Source of the DNA: the human T2T-CHM13v2.0 reference genome, Homo sapiens
DNA length: 64,000 nt
NCBI RefSeq assembly: GCF_009914755.1
Contig: NC_060930.1
Reading direction: 5' to 3' (one strand)
Below, in pieces: positions 13,700 through 26,155 of this stretch (position 1 is the first letter of the stretch; the number at the start of each line of letters is the position of its first letter). The position numbers were made by a program, and so were the translations under genes. The notes below the pieces were generated by a model that saw nothing but the letters and a program-made list of their open reading frames with translations, was not told where the DNA came from and searched no databases.

Positions 13700-14298
13700 T
13701 TTTTTTATTGTGAGATTGATGCATTTTAAAAAATTATTATTATACTTTAAGTTCTGGGATACATGTGCAGAACGTGCATGTTTGTTACACAGGTATACAT
13801 GTGCCATGGTGGTTTGCTCCACCCATCAACCCATCATCTACATTAGGTATTTCTCCTAATGCTGTCCCTCCCCTTGCCCCTCAGCCCCTGACAGGCCCCA
13901 GTGTATGATGTTCCCTCCCTCTGCCCATATGTTCTCATTGTTCAACTCCCACTTATGAGTGAGAACATGCAGTGTTTGGTTTTCTGTTCCTGCGTTAGTT
14001 TGCTGAGAATGATGGTTTCCAGCTTCATCCATGTCCCTGCAAAGGACATGAATTCATCCTTTTTTATGGTCGCATGGTATTCCATGGTGTAGATGTGCCA
14101 CATTTTCTTTATCCAGTCTGTCATTGATGGGCTTTTGCGTTGGTTCCAAGTCTTTGCTATTGTAAACAGTGCTGCAATAAACATATGTGTGCATGTGTCT
14201 TTATAGTAGAATGATTTAAAATCCTTTATATACTCAGTAATGAGATTGCTGGGTCAAATGGTATTTCTAGTTCTAGATCCTTGAGGAATCGCCACACT
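13700..14298 (-). mobile_element. 5'-truncated L1PA (L1PA7/8-like) 3' end
   Basis: ttattatactttaagttctgggatacatgtgcagaacgtgca...; ORF track 13942..14184 reads as L1 ORF2 C-terminus (MFIAALFTIAKTWNQ...WIKKMWHIYTMEY); 8-bp TSD aatttctt at 13692-13699 and 14299-14306. Confidence 0.92.
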
Positions 14299-14409
14299 AA
14301 TTTCTTACAAAATATTAGTTTCTCAATTGGGCCTACCTTCACATCTACATTTAAAAATGCAACCCCCTCTTCTCCTCCCTTTGACTTTTTTTCAAAGCAT
14401 TCATCATCT

Positions 14410-14702
14410 TTTTTTCTTTTTTTTTTTTTAAGATGGATTCTTACTCTGTCACGAGTGCAGTGGCACATCGGCTCACTGCAATCTCCGTCTCCTGGGTTCA
14501 AGCAATTCTCCTGCCTCAGCCACCTAAGTAGTTGGGATTACAGGCACCCACCACCATGCTTGGCTAATTTTTTTATATTTTTAGTAGAGACGGGGTTTCA
14601 CCATGTTGGCCAGGCTGGTCTTGAATTCCTGACATCGGGTGATCTGCCTGCTTTGGCCTCCCAAAGTGCTGGAATTACAAATGTGAGTCACCTCGCCTGG
14701 CC
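14410..14702 (-). mobile_element. Alu (AluSx-like)
   Basis: Antisense Alu dimer with poly-T; TSD cattcatcatcttt / cattcatcaccttt. Confidence 0.95.
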
Positions 14703-15188
14703 CATTCATCACCTTTTAACATACAAACACTTTCCATATTAATGTTAACTCTCTTTTGCCTCGTGAATGTAAGCTCCAAGGGGACAGTCTGGGAGAAATG
14801 TTTTATTTATTTTCATACTGCAAGTGCCTAGAAACAATGCCTAGCACATAATTGGTGTTCCATAAATATTTGGTGAATAAAGGAACAAATTATTTCTCAA
14901 CCTTATTCTGTGAAGTTTCCTTGCTTGATAAGCAGTGAAGGTCTCCTACCTCCATTTTTCAGAGTACACGAAGAGTAATTTCTCCATCCTTGAGGTGTAG
15001 TCACAACCTGGACCCTCCTCCCCAAGAAGCCATTATTGTCAATGATGACGGCCAATTTACAATTTTTCTTTATCAACTGGGCACTGAAAGAACTTGTAGG
15101 AATATTAGAAAATATCAAACATGCAAATATTCTCATGATGGAACAAAATATAATTAAAAATGGTTAATTCTTGTGTTTTCTTATTTTG

Positions 15189-15620
15189 TGTATAGTCAGG
15201 GATTTCCTGATAGACAGAACCAACAGGAGTGAAACAGAAACAGACAGAGAGAGACACAGAGAGCAAGAAGGAGAGATAGATTTATCTTAAGAAACTGGCT
15301 CACGCTATTGTGGAAGCTTGGTAAGTGCAAAATCTGTAGACAGAACAACTGATTGGACACCTAAGGAAGAACTGCAGTTGCAGTTCGCTGGCTGAATTCC
15401 TTCTTTCTTTGGGGAGGGCAGTCTTTGTTCTATTAAGACCTTCAACTGACTGGATGAGGCCCAGCCACACAATGGAGACTAATCTGCTTTACTCAAAATT
15501 CACCAATTTAAATTTTAATCTCATCTTAAATTTAAATTAAAAAAAAAAACACCTTCACAGAAACATCCGGAATAATGTTCGAACAAGTATCTGGGCACCT
15601 GGCCCAGCCAAGTGATGTAA
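15189..15620 (-). mobile_element. ERVL LTR (MLT2, MLT2D-like)
   Basis: tagtcaggg...acagaaccaacagga...aagaaactggctcac...ccttcaactgactggatgaggccc...tctgggcacctggcccagccaag. Confidence 0.85.
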
Positions 15621-15770
15621 GGTACCCTTCATGGCATAAACTTTCCAATTCCTAGGCTGTTTATTTTCTGCCAAACTTGTCTGGTGATAGTTCTGCAGGA
15701 AAATTTCTTTTCTTGGGTAAACAAAAGGTTCATTCTCTTCCCATCATTATTTATCCATGTTGTGCATGCA

Positions 15771-15774
<4 letters not shown>

Positions 15775-15810
<36 letters not shown>

Positions 15811-15815
15811 CTCTC
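15775..15815. repeat. (CT)n microsatellite
   Basis: Direct reading. Confidence 0.95.
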
Positions 15816-16254
15816 GCTCCCGCTCATACTTCTGCACAGACTCATTCTCTATTTGTGTTTTGCTCTCTTATTCTCTGGCTTTTACTCTATTGCTCTCTTG
15901 GCTTTGCTCATATTTTTACATCATAGTTGATGTAAAAGATGTACATATGCATTTTTACATCATATTTTTTCTCCCTGAGGCCAGTTTCTCTGCTTGCTTG
16001 TCAATATACAAGGTTTATTATGACTGACCAGCCTCAAACTTAAATGTTCTCACTAGTCCAACACCTGCAGCAAACTTTTCACCTTCTTTCCATCTCAATA
16101 TGCAATTCCTAGGAAAGAGATTCGTTCAACCTGGTCAAGTTGCCCAATTGAACTTGGTCAAATTGTTTGTCTTTGCCCAGAGGAGTTGGTGATGTGTGGC
16201 TTATACTTGCTGGTTGGGGGTTTGGAAACAGCCTGAGATGGAAATGAGGCAGTT

Positions 16255-16932
16255 TGAGAAATCAAAGTAAAATCCTAAGTCCCCCAGTGGACTGAACAGA
16301 TCCTCTTTCAGCAAAGGGGACCCCAGAGAAACCTTAAAAACTGAGTGCCCAGCCACGATGACACAGGAAGTTGGACATACCTGTTATACCACTTTCTTGC
16401 TAACCACCATTAAGCTTTCTTTCCTAAGGGTTAAACAGAAATTAGCTTTTTTTGAAAGACATGTTCCATTGCTGATTTCAACCATCAGCCTGACACTGCC
16501 CCTCCCTTTCTGCAGTTTCAATACAGCAGCTAACAGACATTCCTTCCTGATAAGAGACCACCGACCATGGAATAATTGGTGCCAGTTTACAGAGGCTGTG
16601 CACTGAGTGCCTTTGTGTCCTCTACTTCACCTTTTAATGTATAGGGCCTAATTGCAATACACTTCAATGTTAAATCTTCACCCCAAAGTGAACATGAGAC
16701 ATGTAATGTACATGCTAGCTTAGACACATGTGCCTGCCCCCCCTTTGTAAATAAATATTCATGCTCCTCCTGTAATCTGTTAAATATGGGTACTCAGCCA
16801 ACCCATTCAGCATAAATTATTGTCTCATCTTTTCCTCCCTCAAAGTGCCTGCTTTTCAGTGTCAGCTGGAAGTTCCCATACCCCCGCTTGAGAAATAAAG
16901 TTCTCCTTTCCAAATTTACAGATTTTGTGACA
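16255..16932 (+). mobile_element. 5' LTR of the provirus
   Basis: Begins tgagaaatcaaagtaaaatcctaag; AATAAA near 16894; homologous to 25468-26155. Confidence 0.9.
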
Positions 16933-17015
16933 GATCCCTAGATTCCCCGTGATTGAAGATAATGCATGCATGAGCCCATTGACAGCTCAGTTGTCTTGCC
17001 AGCTGCACTGGGGAA

Positions 17016-17023
17016 GAGTAAGT
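17016..17023 (+). promoter_or_regulatory. Putative proviral major splice donor
   Basis: GA|GTAAGT in the leader upstream of the gag ATG, the usual position of a retroviral major donor. Confidence 0.4.
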
Positions 17024-17209
17024 CCCAAGATCTCCCACTTTTAGGCTGAAGATCTTGGAGACTTTATTTCTTCCTACCTCTCCCTTCCATCTGGACCTTG
17101 GAAGAGATATTTCTCTTGGCCCTGGGTCTTAGGTGGGGGGCAGGTGGTGGGGGGCATTTCAGCTTAACTCAGTGGGGTCCTCAAAGGGACACCTTTGGTA
17201 AATGCTGTT

Positions 17210-18720
17210 ATGGGGAACCTGGGTTCTAAGGGAATAGCCTCTGGTCAGCCACCATCAGAAACCCTGGTGGCTTACATGTTTAAGAACCAGGGAAACATTC
17301 TTTTGAACATTTGAGATCCTGACTAAAGCTAACCAGGAGGATTTAAAGCTTTGTTGGTCACAATGGGGGAACTTTTGACATGCTTAAATTAGTTTGTTTA
17401 TTGGCACAATTAGAACGGAGAGGGTTTGGACCTCTCAATAGCAGTGTGGGACCTTTTGTAATTAATTGGTATTATGAGAACTCTAAACATGTTCTGGAGT
17501 CTCCGATGGCCTCCTCAAAGGAGACAAATTCAAGGCTGAAGGAGTCTAATTTGAAACTTGACCAGTATATTTAAAAACTTGAGAGCTACCTTGAGTTAGA
17601 TTCCAACCTTGAGACAGAGGAAGATGCTGTGTCTCCCCATTCTCCTTCTACTGCTCCTTTAATGCCAGCAACAGTGTATCCTTCTCTGCCATCTTTCACC
17701 CTTTCTGAGCTTCCTTTCTTCCCTTCCCCTTCTTCCCTAGAGTCAACCCCTCCTTTCCACACCCCTCCAACCCTTCTCCTTGCCCCCTTACAAGTTGCTC
17801 AAATTACAGGGGGCCACCAGGCAGTAGAGTCATTCTCCTCCCTCTGGTCTAAAACTGATCTTGTGACTATTATCAAGGACTTCCCTAACCCTAAAACAGA
17901 CTCAGTTGAATTTGAACACCATTTTGGCTTCATTATAAATATATATCAACCAGGCCTTCTCAGTGGTTGTCAATTGCTCCAGATGTTAGCGGGACTATTT
18001 TAGCCAGGGAATAGATCAACCATGAGGGTTTGGCACACCCTAAAACTGATCTTGTACTTATGTGGGAAGCAGCCTTTAGGAGGGCTCAGGAGGTAATCAC
18101 AGAATTAATTAAGGCCATCCTAGTAATTTTTCCATGTCAAATAGATTGGAAGGCTATTCAATGATATATCCAAAAAAGGGATGAGCCAGTCTTTGATTTT
18201 TTTTCAATCAATTAAAAAAACTTTCAGACAGAATTCAGGCATCAAAGATTTAAATGATGATAATGCCAAGCTTTCCAACTCATTTTTTCTTTCAGGTCTC
18301 AATGAGACCTTTAGTACTCTGGTCAAGCAGATTAACCAGTACTCCCATTAAGCCATGATTCTGGCTGGACTCTAAAAGGCCTCATGAATTGGCTTTCGTG
18401 TTCAACTACCTCTCAAAAACAACAGAAAAGGAAAGATACTCGAGTAGCTAAGACACTCATTACCAGGAATAAACTGCAAAACTCATGGCCCTACACATTA
18501 AGCAGAATCAGGGGCTTTCCACTAAACAACAAGCCCCATCTAAGGAGCAAAAGACACAGCAGAGCCTGACATAAAAAAATCACAGATTGTTATTTTTACA
18601 GGGAAGTCTGTCACTTTAAACAGAATTGTGAGAAATAGAAAATGTGGCTCAAAAAAAAAAAAATCCTGATCATCATAAAGAAAACTAATTCTTTTCCCAA
18701 AGTAGACTGACGCCAGAACA
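17210..18720 (+). pseudogene. gag: ERV gag remnant (stops/frameshifts)
   Basis: ATG GGG AAC (MGN, myristoylation-type start); Pro-rich linker; capsid LWSKTDLVTIIKDFPNP (ORF 17629..18003); MHR-like IQKRDEPVFDF; degenerate CCHC knuckle CYFYREVCHFKQNC at 18588-18629. Confidence 0.85.
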
Positions 18721-18960
18721 GTTTTTTTCCCCATTATAAGAATAGGGATACTACGACGAAGGGAAGAGAATTTTTCTTTTCCTTGTGGTAAATTCAGCTG
18801 CGAGAATTTGATCTTCAAATTAATAATCAAACGGTCTGAACTCAAATAGATACTGGGGCCACTCTCTTAGTGCTTAACCCCAACTCTTTATATGTCCACC
18901 ACCCCAAAGCTGCCAGGGTTTTTGGTGGGGGCTGACCAGTGACTGTTCCTTAGAATCTAG

Positions 18961-19342
<382 letters not shown>

Positions 19343-21770
19343 CAACTTATGACTATTTTTAAGGCAAAGCCAGGGCATCCTCATTCTTGTTTCCTCTGCT
19401 CCTCTCCGTATGATGGAGAGAGAGAGTTCCTTGAAAGGCATCAAGTTCATATTTCTTTTTCTCATGAGGGAGGGACCATTCCAGAGGTCTATCCTTTGGA
19501 CATCTTGACCACTGACCTTACTCATGTCTTTCCCATGTCAGTCATTAGCTTCTCAGTTGCCACTGAGCACCAGGCTTTTAAAAAACTGCCTGATACACTC
19601 TGGGCCAATCTAACACTGATATCTGTCTGATTCACTCAGCACTGCCAATTACCATACAGATAGAGCCCAACAAACCTCTACCTAATATAAGACAATATCC
19701 CCTCAATCCTGAAGCTTTGGCCAGAATAGAGTCCATCCTTAATGATTTCCTCTCCAAGGGCCTCATAATCCCCTGCATTATCCCTTGTAACACACCCGTA
19801 TTACCTGTCTGGAAACCAAACTGAAAGTGATGGAAGTTTGTTCAGGACTTTAAAGATATTACTAATATTGTTATGCCTTGACACCCTGTTGTGCCAGACC
19901 CACACACATGACTGTCTGGCATACCTTCTAACACTCAGTGTCTCTCAGCTATGGGTCTCTGTCGTGCCTTTTTCAGCACCCTGTCAATCCAGAAAGTCAA
20001 TTTTTCTTTGCCTTCATGTGAAAGGGCCAATCGTTCACTAATATAGTCATTCTCTGGGAATATACAGAAAACTCCACTTACTTTTCTCAAATCTTATGAG
20101 TCGACTTATAGGATATAAGCTTCCCCAACAATCCTACCCTATTATAATACATTTATGCTCTCCCTCACAAGATGCTTGACTTACTGACACTCTTCACTTG
20201 CTCCACCAGCTGGCCCTTGAGGGACACAAGGTCTCTAAAGACAAGCTACAGTTTTGTCAGAATTCTATTAAGTTTCACAGACATCTATTAACCCCTTCAG
20301 GGCTAAACAACAACCCTTCTCACCTTTAAGGCATTTTTCCTCCCCTCTCTCCACTATCAAGCAGCAGCTTGGAGGGCTTCTGGGACTTACTACAGAGCTT
20401 GCGTTTCCAACCTGTCTTTAATGGCACAACCTCTATATGCTTTACTTAAAGTTTTCTCCTCTGACCCCCTATTTGAACCTCACAAGGTAGAGAGGTTTCA
20501 AGGACCTAAAAGGTCAGTTGGCCTCACCCCCTACTCTGGGACACCCAAATTATGATCTCCCCTTTTCCCTTTTTGTCCCAAAACAAGAAGAAAATGCCTT
20601 GGGAATCCTAATTCAGCCCTATGGGGGTAACAATCAGCCCATTAAGATTAGAGTCAACAATTCAATTCTGTAGCTCTACCCTATCTTAGGACAGTCATGG
20701 CCATTTTCACCCTCATTAAAGCTTTAAATCTACTGAAAAAACAACGAGAGCCCCTCTCACTATACATGTTCCTTATTCAGTTGAGGCCCTTCTCACCCTG
20801 CACCACACTCAGCATCTTTCAACTAGTCCACTGACCTGCTATAAGACACTTTTCTCCTCCTCTCCTAACCTAGCCATAGCTCACTGTAACCTCCTTAACC
20901 CCGGCACCTTCTTTCCTTTACCAGAAGAGGTATCCTCCATGACTATACTGCTTTTATAGACATCCTTCTCTCACCACACACAGACTAAAGGAAACTCCCT
21001 TACTCAGTCTGAATTTTATCTGGTACGCTGATGAGTCTTTTATCAGAGATTCTGCTGTTTCCTACTGGGCAGGCTACATGGTGGTTTCTCTGATACAAAC
21101 CATTAAATCAAGCCCTCGGCCAGGTGCCTAATCTGCCCAACAGGTAGAACTGCATGCCCTCACTCAAGCCTGTCCACTGGCCACATATAAAGGGGGTAAT
21201 ATTTATACACACAGCAGACATGCCTTCAGAGTTGCCTGTGATTTCAGCAAGATCTAGAGCCAAATAGGATTTCACACCTTTTCTGAAGAGCCTGTTAAGA
21301 ACGAAGACTTTGTTCTGGTCCTCTTGGATACCATTCAGGCTCCTCAAGCAATAGTCATTATCAAAGTCCAGAGACATTTCTCTGACAAGACATAGGACAG
21401 CAAAGACAATTACCTAAGAAGTGTGGCAGCTCCAGCTCCTGCAGGGTGACTCCTTCCCCAGTTATGGCTGCTCAACCCACTACCCCTCCTTCTTCCCGGG
21501 CTCCTTCCTCTCCCTCATTCCCTTTCCCATCTGAAGATCTCTTCTCCAGACTCTCACTATTTCTAAAAACAGTTTCAGAGGCTGAAAGGAGGAATTAGAT
21601 AAAACAAAATTGTTCTTTAAACCCCCAGACAAAATTATAGGAAAGTCCAAGTAGACATCCAATTGTACCCAGCACTCTTTAGAGACCGACTTTAACCTTC
21701 ATACAGAATCTGACCTATTGCAATCCAGACAAATGATTCAATGGAGCAGACAATACTGTTGGAGACTTTC

Positions 21771-21884
21771 TCAGGTACATAAACTTTGCAATGTCTGCCT
21801 TCAGGTACATAAACTTTGCAATGTCTGCCCTCAGGTACCTGGAGTGCTTCTCAGGTCCATAAACTTTGCAATGTCTGCCCTCAG
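21771..21884 (+). repeat. 30-bp tandem repeat (3 copies plus a partial) in integrase zinc-binding region
   Basis: tcaggtacataaactttgcaatgtctgcc(t/c) at 21771, 21801 and 21851. Confidence 0.95.
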
Positions 21885-22367
21885 TAAACCCCTAAACTCT
21901 CCTCCAAGTTAACTTTCACTTCCCTTCACTGTAATGGCAAGTTGATTTCATTCTGTTATTGCCACCCCATGGATGTAAATATGTTCTTGTAGTGGTGACG
22001 TTTATTCTCATTGAGTTGAGGCTTTCCTTTACAAACAAGTCACAGCTATGGTGGTGGCCAAATACTACTTGAGAAAACCATTTCTACCTGGGATTCCCTT
22101 TGAACATCACAGATAGGGGAGCTCATTTTACCAGCCAACTACTGAAACAGGTGTTTAAAACCTGGCCAATCCCACAGCACTTTCACTGTGCCTATCATTC
22201 CAGTCCTCTGGGCTAGTTGAGCAGACTGAGGAAATCATTAAAAACCATCTGGCAAAAATCACAAAAACATTTCATGTGTCCTGCCTAAAGCTCTTCTGCT
22301 GGTATTACTGATTTTGCAGTTCACTCCCATGAGAAAACATTGACTTTCTCCTTTTGAAATTGTTACT

Positions 22368-22687
<320 letters not shown>

Positions 22688-23158
22688 GAAATTGTTATTG
22701 GTTGGTCTACGCCTTTAGAACAAGAAATGTTATCTCCTACCCAATTACAGGGGGAACTCCCAGCTTATTGCCAGAAGCTCTTCAAAGCTGTAGGCATCAA
22801 CCACCACAAGGTGGGAAAATCTTTTTACAGCTTCCAGTGAGGCCATAATCTCCAGTCTCACCAACTCCAACCTGGTGGTTACATATACTGGAAAATACAT
22901 CAGTTAAAAGACTCCATTTAGCCCCATTGAAAAGGCTCTTATCAAGTATTATTGACCAACCTGTGTGCTGTTAAGTTACAAAGAATTTACTATTAGGTAC
23001 ACATATCTCATCTGAAAAAGGCAGCAATCACTGCTGAGTCATGGACATTAATGTCTGTATCTGACACCAAACCCAAGTTGATCAAACCCTAGTACTTAGG
23101 CCCAAGGAAAGACAACCACAGTGAACTTCATAACACTCTGAACCAGGCCTGTACTGAG

Positions 23159-23554
23159 ATGAATTTTTATACTCTCCTTGTATTGGTTATCACATTTAGT
23201 GTTTTAGGAATTTTCACAGTTATCATTTTCTTACATAAAGTATTGAGATACCCACCCCCACCTTGCTAAATGCACATCTATTTTCTAATTGTTTTAATTG
23301 TTATATCTGTAGAAATTTTATGTATTTTAGACATTTTGCACCATGTTGAGATAGGCCTGTGCATGCCAACAACTAGACACCTATAGATAATTAAAATACT
23401 TATGAGCTCCCTCTTCTGCAACAGTCAGAATCTGACAGGATTTATGGACTTTCTTTTAAGGGCATGGTTATTTGTTTTCTTTATTAGTAAGGTGCTCTGT
23501 TATCTCAAAGACAATCCCAAAAGCTTGCCTGATAGCTCTCCAGAGTTTGTATGA
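23159..23554 (+). other. Three same-frame small hydrophobic ORFs (36, 38, 50 aa) in the ERV pol-env spacer; putative accessory genes
   Basis: Hand translation: 23159-23269 MNFYTLLVLVITFSVLGIFTVIIFLHKVLRYPPPPC*; 23270-23386 MHIYFLIVLIVISVEILCILDILHHVEIGLCMPTTRHL*; 23402-23554 MSSLFCNSQNLTGFMDFLLRAWLFVFFISKVLCYLKDNPKSLPDSSPEFV*. The ORFs are seen directly; coding function is inference. Confidence 0.4.
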
Positions 23555-23618
23555 AACTTGTGATTTCTTCTTTGGTTTGAATTTTTAAATAGAATGTTTG
23601 TCTCTTTTTTTTTCTTTT

Positions 23619-25200
23619 ATGGACTTAACAGCCTTTTCTCATCTCTTTGTAATTGTCCCTTTATGTCAAGGTATAAAATGACATGATAATTATTTAGTTA
23701 AATTGTCTCAAAGTGTTGCCGCTGGAGACAATTTAACAAATTATTAGATTTGTCAAGAGCTTCCTAAATCCATTAACAATAAACATTTGCCATTAATAAT
23801 ACCTGTCATCTCCCAAAGTGCTGGGACTACAGGCGTGAGCCACTGAGGCGGGCAGATCACTTGAAGTCAGGAGTTCAAGACCCACCTCACCAACATGGCG
23901 AAACCCCATCTCTACCAAAAACACAAACATTAGCTGGCTGAGGTGGTATGTGCTTGTAGTCCCAGCTACTTGGGAGGCTGAGGCGGGAGAATCACTTTAA
24001 CCCAGAAGGCAGAGGTTGCAGTGAGCTGAGATTGTGCCACTGCATTCCAGCCTGGGTGACAGAGTGAGACTCTGTCTCAAAAAAAAAAAAAAACCATCAG
24101 AGACTTTCTCCAATGTTCCTGACATCACCACTTATCTGGACTAATTTCTTTTCTTGTCAACTTTCTGAGTCCAATTGCTTGCACACCCAAATATTACCAC
24201 CCCCTTTTTAATCTATCCCATGTTATTAATGTTAGAAAATCACTGTATACCACAAGACTTCCTTGATCAATGAACTACTGGGTAGACAGATAACACATTC
24301 TAGATCAAATAAAGAAAATTTAAAATTTGTCCCTATTATGCCAACAATACTTACGTTTACAATGTCATGTAAATGGATTTTAAAAAGTTTGCGAGAGAGG
24401 TGACTCATGGTTTAATTTAGTCTCATTGGCACTTCCCATTATTTAGTTCATCAATAAACATAACTTTGGGACTATCACTTGCTCTCCCCTAGGTTATGTG
24501 TTTATATGTGACATAAGAGCTGATCCACTCATACTGGGGTGGGCACACCACCGCCTCAACAGCCTACACAAGAAGATTCTTGTTTGATGGGACATGTTGT
24601 AATCAAATAAAGAAAGTTTATTTTTCCATCATCTCCAACTATAAAAGTTTTCCTGCTTTCAACAGACTAAAAAGAGAATTACTGGGAGTTTCTCAAGAGA
24701 CTTAGTGGCAGAAACTCTGTGTGTAGTAGTTCCTGGTTATGGGATTTATGCGAACAGAAAAAAAATCTATCAGCCACTTCAGGTCAAATTGCTGAAAAGA
24801 GTGCAAAAATTATTGTGGAATAACAAAAGTCTCTAAATTATTCGACAATTTAGAGACTTCTTCTGGCCCAAGTGGTTTTAGACAATTGGGCTACATTAGA
24901 TTTTTCTCTTAGCCAAACAAGAAGGATTCTGTGCAATGGCTCATACCTCCCTTTGTATTTATGTCAACCCTTCAGGTGAGGTAGAAACTCATATAGAAAA
25001 TATTTCCAGATAAACCAAATGGTTACAAAAATTACGAACTACAGACGCCCTCAATAATCTTTTTGGCTATCTCCTGACTAGATTAGGAATCTGGCTTCAA
25101 TCCATTTTACAAATCCTGCTATTATTATCCTTGCTATTTTGTTCCTTTTTTCCTGATAATCAAAATGTTTATGTTCTGTATAACTATTACAAATTTGTAA
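23619..25200 (+). pseudogene. env: ERV env remnant (gamma-type, ERV-V-like motifs)
   Basis: Signal-peptide-like MDLTAFSHLFVIVPLCQG, then *HDNYLVKLSQSVAAGDNLTNY*IC (decayed CWIC); TCSPLGYVFIC; furin site RLKR at 24664-24675; ISD LAQVVLDNWATLDF from 24863; decayed CX6CC (CAMAHTSLC) YVNPSGEVE; hydrophobic TM near 25100. Confidence 0.85.
23811..24093 (+). mobile_element. AluS with inverted 5' end, inserted in env
   Basis: 23811-23843 is the antisense Alu 5' start, joined directly to sense Alu body 23844-24093 with poly(A). Confidence 0.92.
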
Positions 25201-25467
25201 CTGAAACCAAGATTTTTGTGGTTTTGATTTTTATGCTGCTTAAAAGGTTTTAAGGGTTGATGAGTGCCTGCCCACTCCCATTCCCATCTGGCCTAAAACA
25301 TTTAATTGGTTGTAATTCTTTTGGCTCTAAGTCCCTTGGCCACAGGGGTCCCACAGATGGATTGGGTAATCCCAGGGTAAGTAGCCAGATCACCCAGACA
25401 ATGATATGAGATGAAATGAAAGTTTGGGCATTGATGCTGACTGACAAATCTTGGCCAAAGGCATAAA

Positions 25468-26155
25468 TGAGAAATAAAAACAAAATCCTAAGACACCCAA
25501 CCAACTGAATTAATCCCCTCTTGTCCAAGGGGAACTTAGATAAACCTTAAAAACTGATGACACAGAAGGTCAGACAGAAAGTCACGTCTCATTATACTCC
25601 CTCCCTCACTAAAGCCCATTACCTCTTTCTTAAGAGTTAAACAGAAACCAGCCCATTCAAAAGATTTGTTCTACTGATGGTTTCCATCAATTGCCTAATA
25701 TTGACCCCCGCCCTTTTTTGTGGTTTCAGCACAACAGCTGGCCTTCCTTCTTGATAAGAGACCACTGACTATGGAGTGGTTCTGATCAGTTAACAGAGGT
25801 TGCTTACTGAGTGCCTTTGTGTCCTCTGCTTCAACCTTTGACATATAGGGACTAACTGTATTAATTTCAATGTTAAGTCTCCACCCCAAAGTGAACATGG
25901 AACATAGGCAACATCCATTTTTGCTTACTATGCATGTACATGACTTTCTATGTAAATATTCATAGCTCCTCCTATAACCTGTTAAATATATGTACTTAGC
26001 CAAACTGTTCTTGTCTCTTCTTTCCCTCCTTCAAAGCGCTTAATTTTTGGTTTCATCCGGGGCTCTGCTTCCCGCCTACAGGTTGTTACACCCCCATCTT
26101 TAGAAATAAAGCCCTCCTTTCTAAACTTACAGATTTTGTGACTTTTTGGTTGACA
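25468..26155 (+). mobile_element. 3' LTR of the provirus
   Basis: tgagaaataaaaacaaaatcctaag...gaaataaagccc...tttggttgaca; preceded by a decayed polypurine tract. Confidence 0.9.

Larger units (their letters stand above)
13420..14885 (+). mobile_element. L2 fragment split by L1PA and Alu insertions
   Basis: L2 3' motifs: gaatgtaagctccaagggg...gtgcctagaaacaatgcctagcacata...ataaatatttggtgaataa. Confidence 0.6.

Noticed and set aside
14281-14742. 153-aa ORF
   Set aside because: Mostly antisense Alu translation ([17 protein letters not shown]...); a standard artefact, as are the ORFs at 19009, 37156, 37264, 55194, 55204, 55597 and 63549.
21771-21884. CRISPR-like 30-bp repeats
   Set aside because: Head-to-tail copies without unique spacers, inside a retroviral integrase in primate DNA; no cas genes.
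23619-25200. Domesticated (syncytin/ERVV/HEMO-like) env gene
   Set aside because: In-frame stops within the first ~45 codons, an Alu insertion, frameshifts and decayed CWIC and CX6CC motifs.
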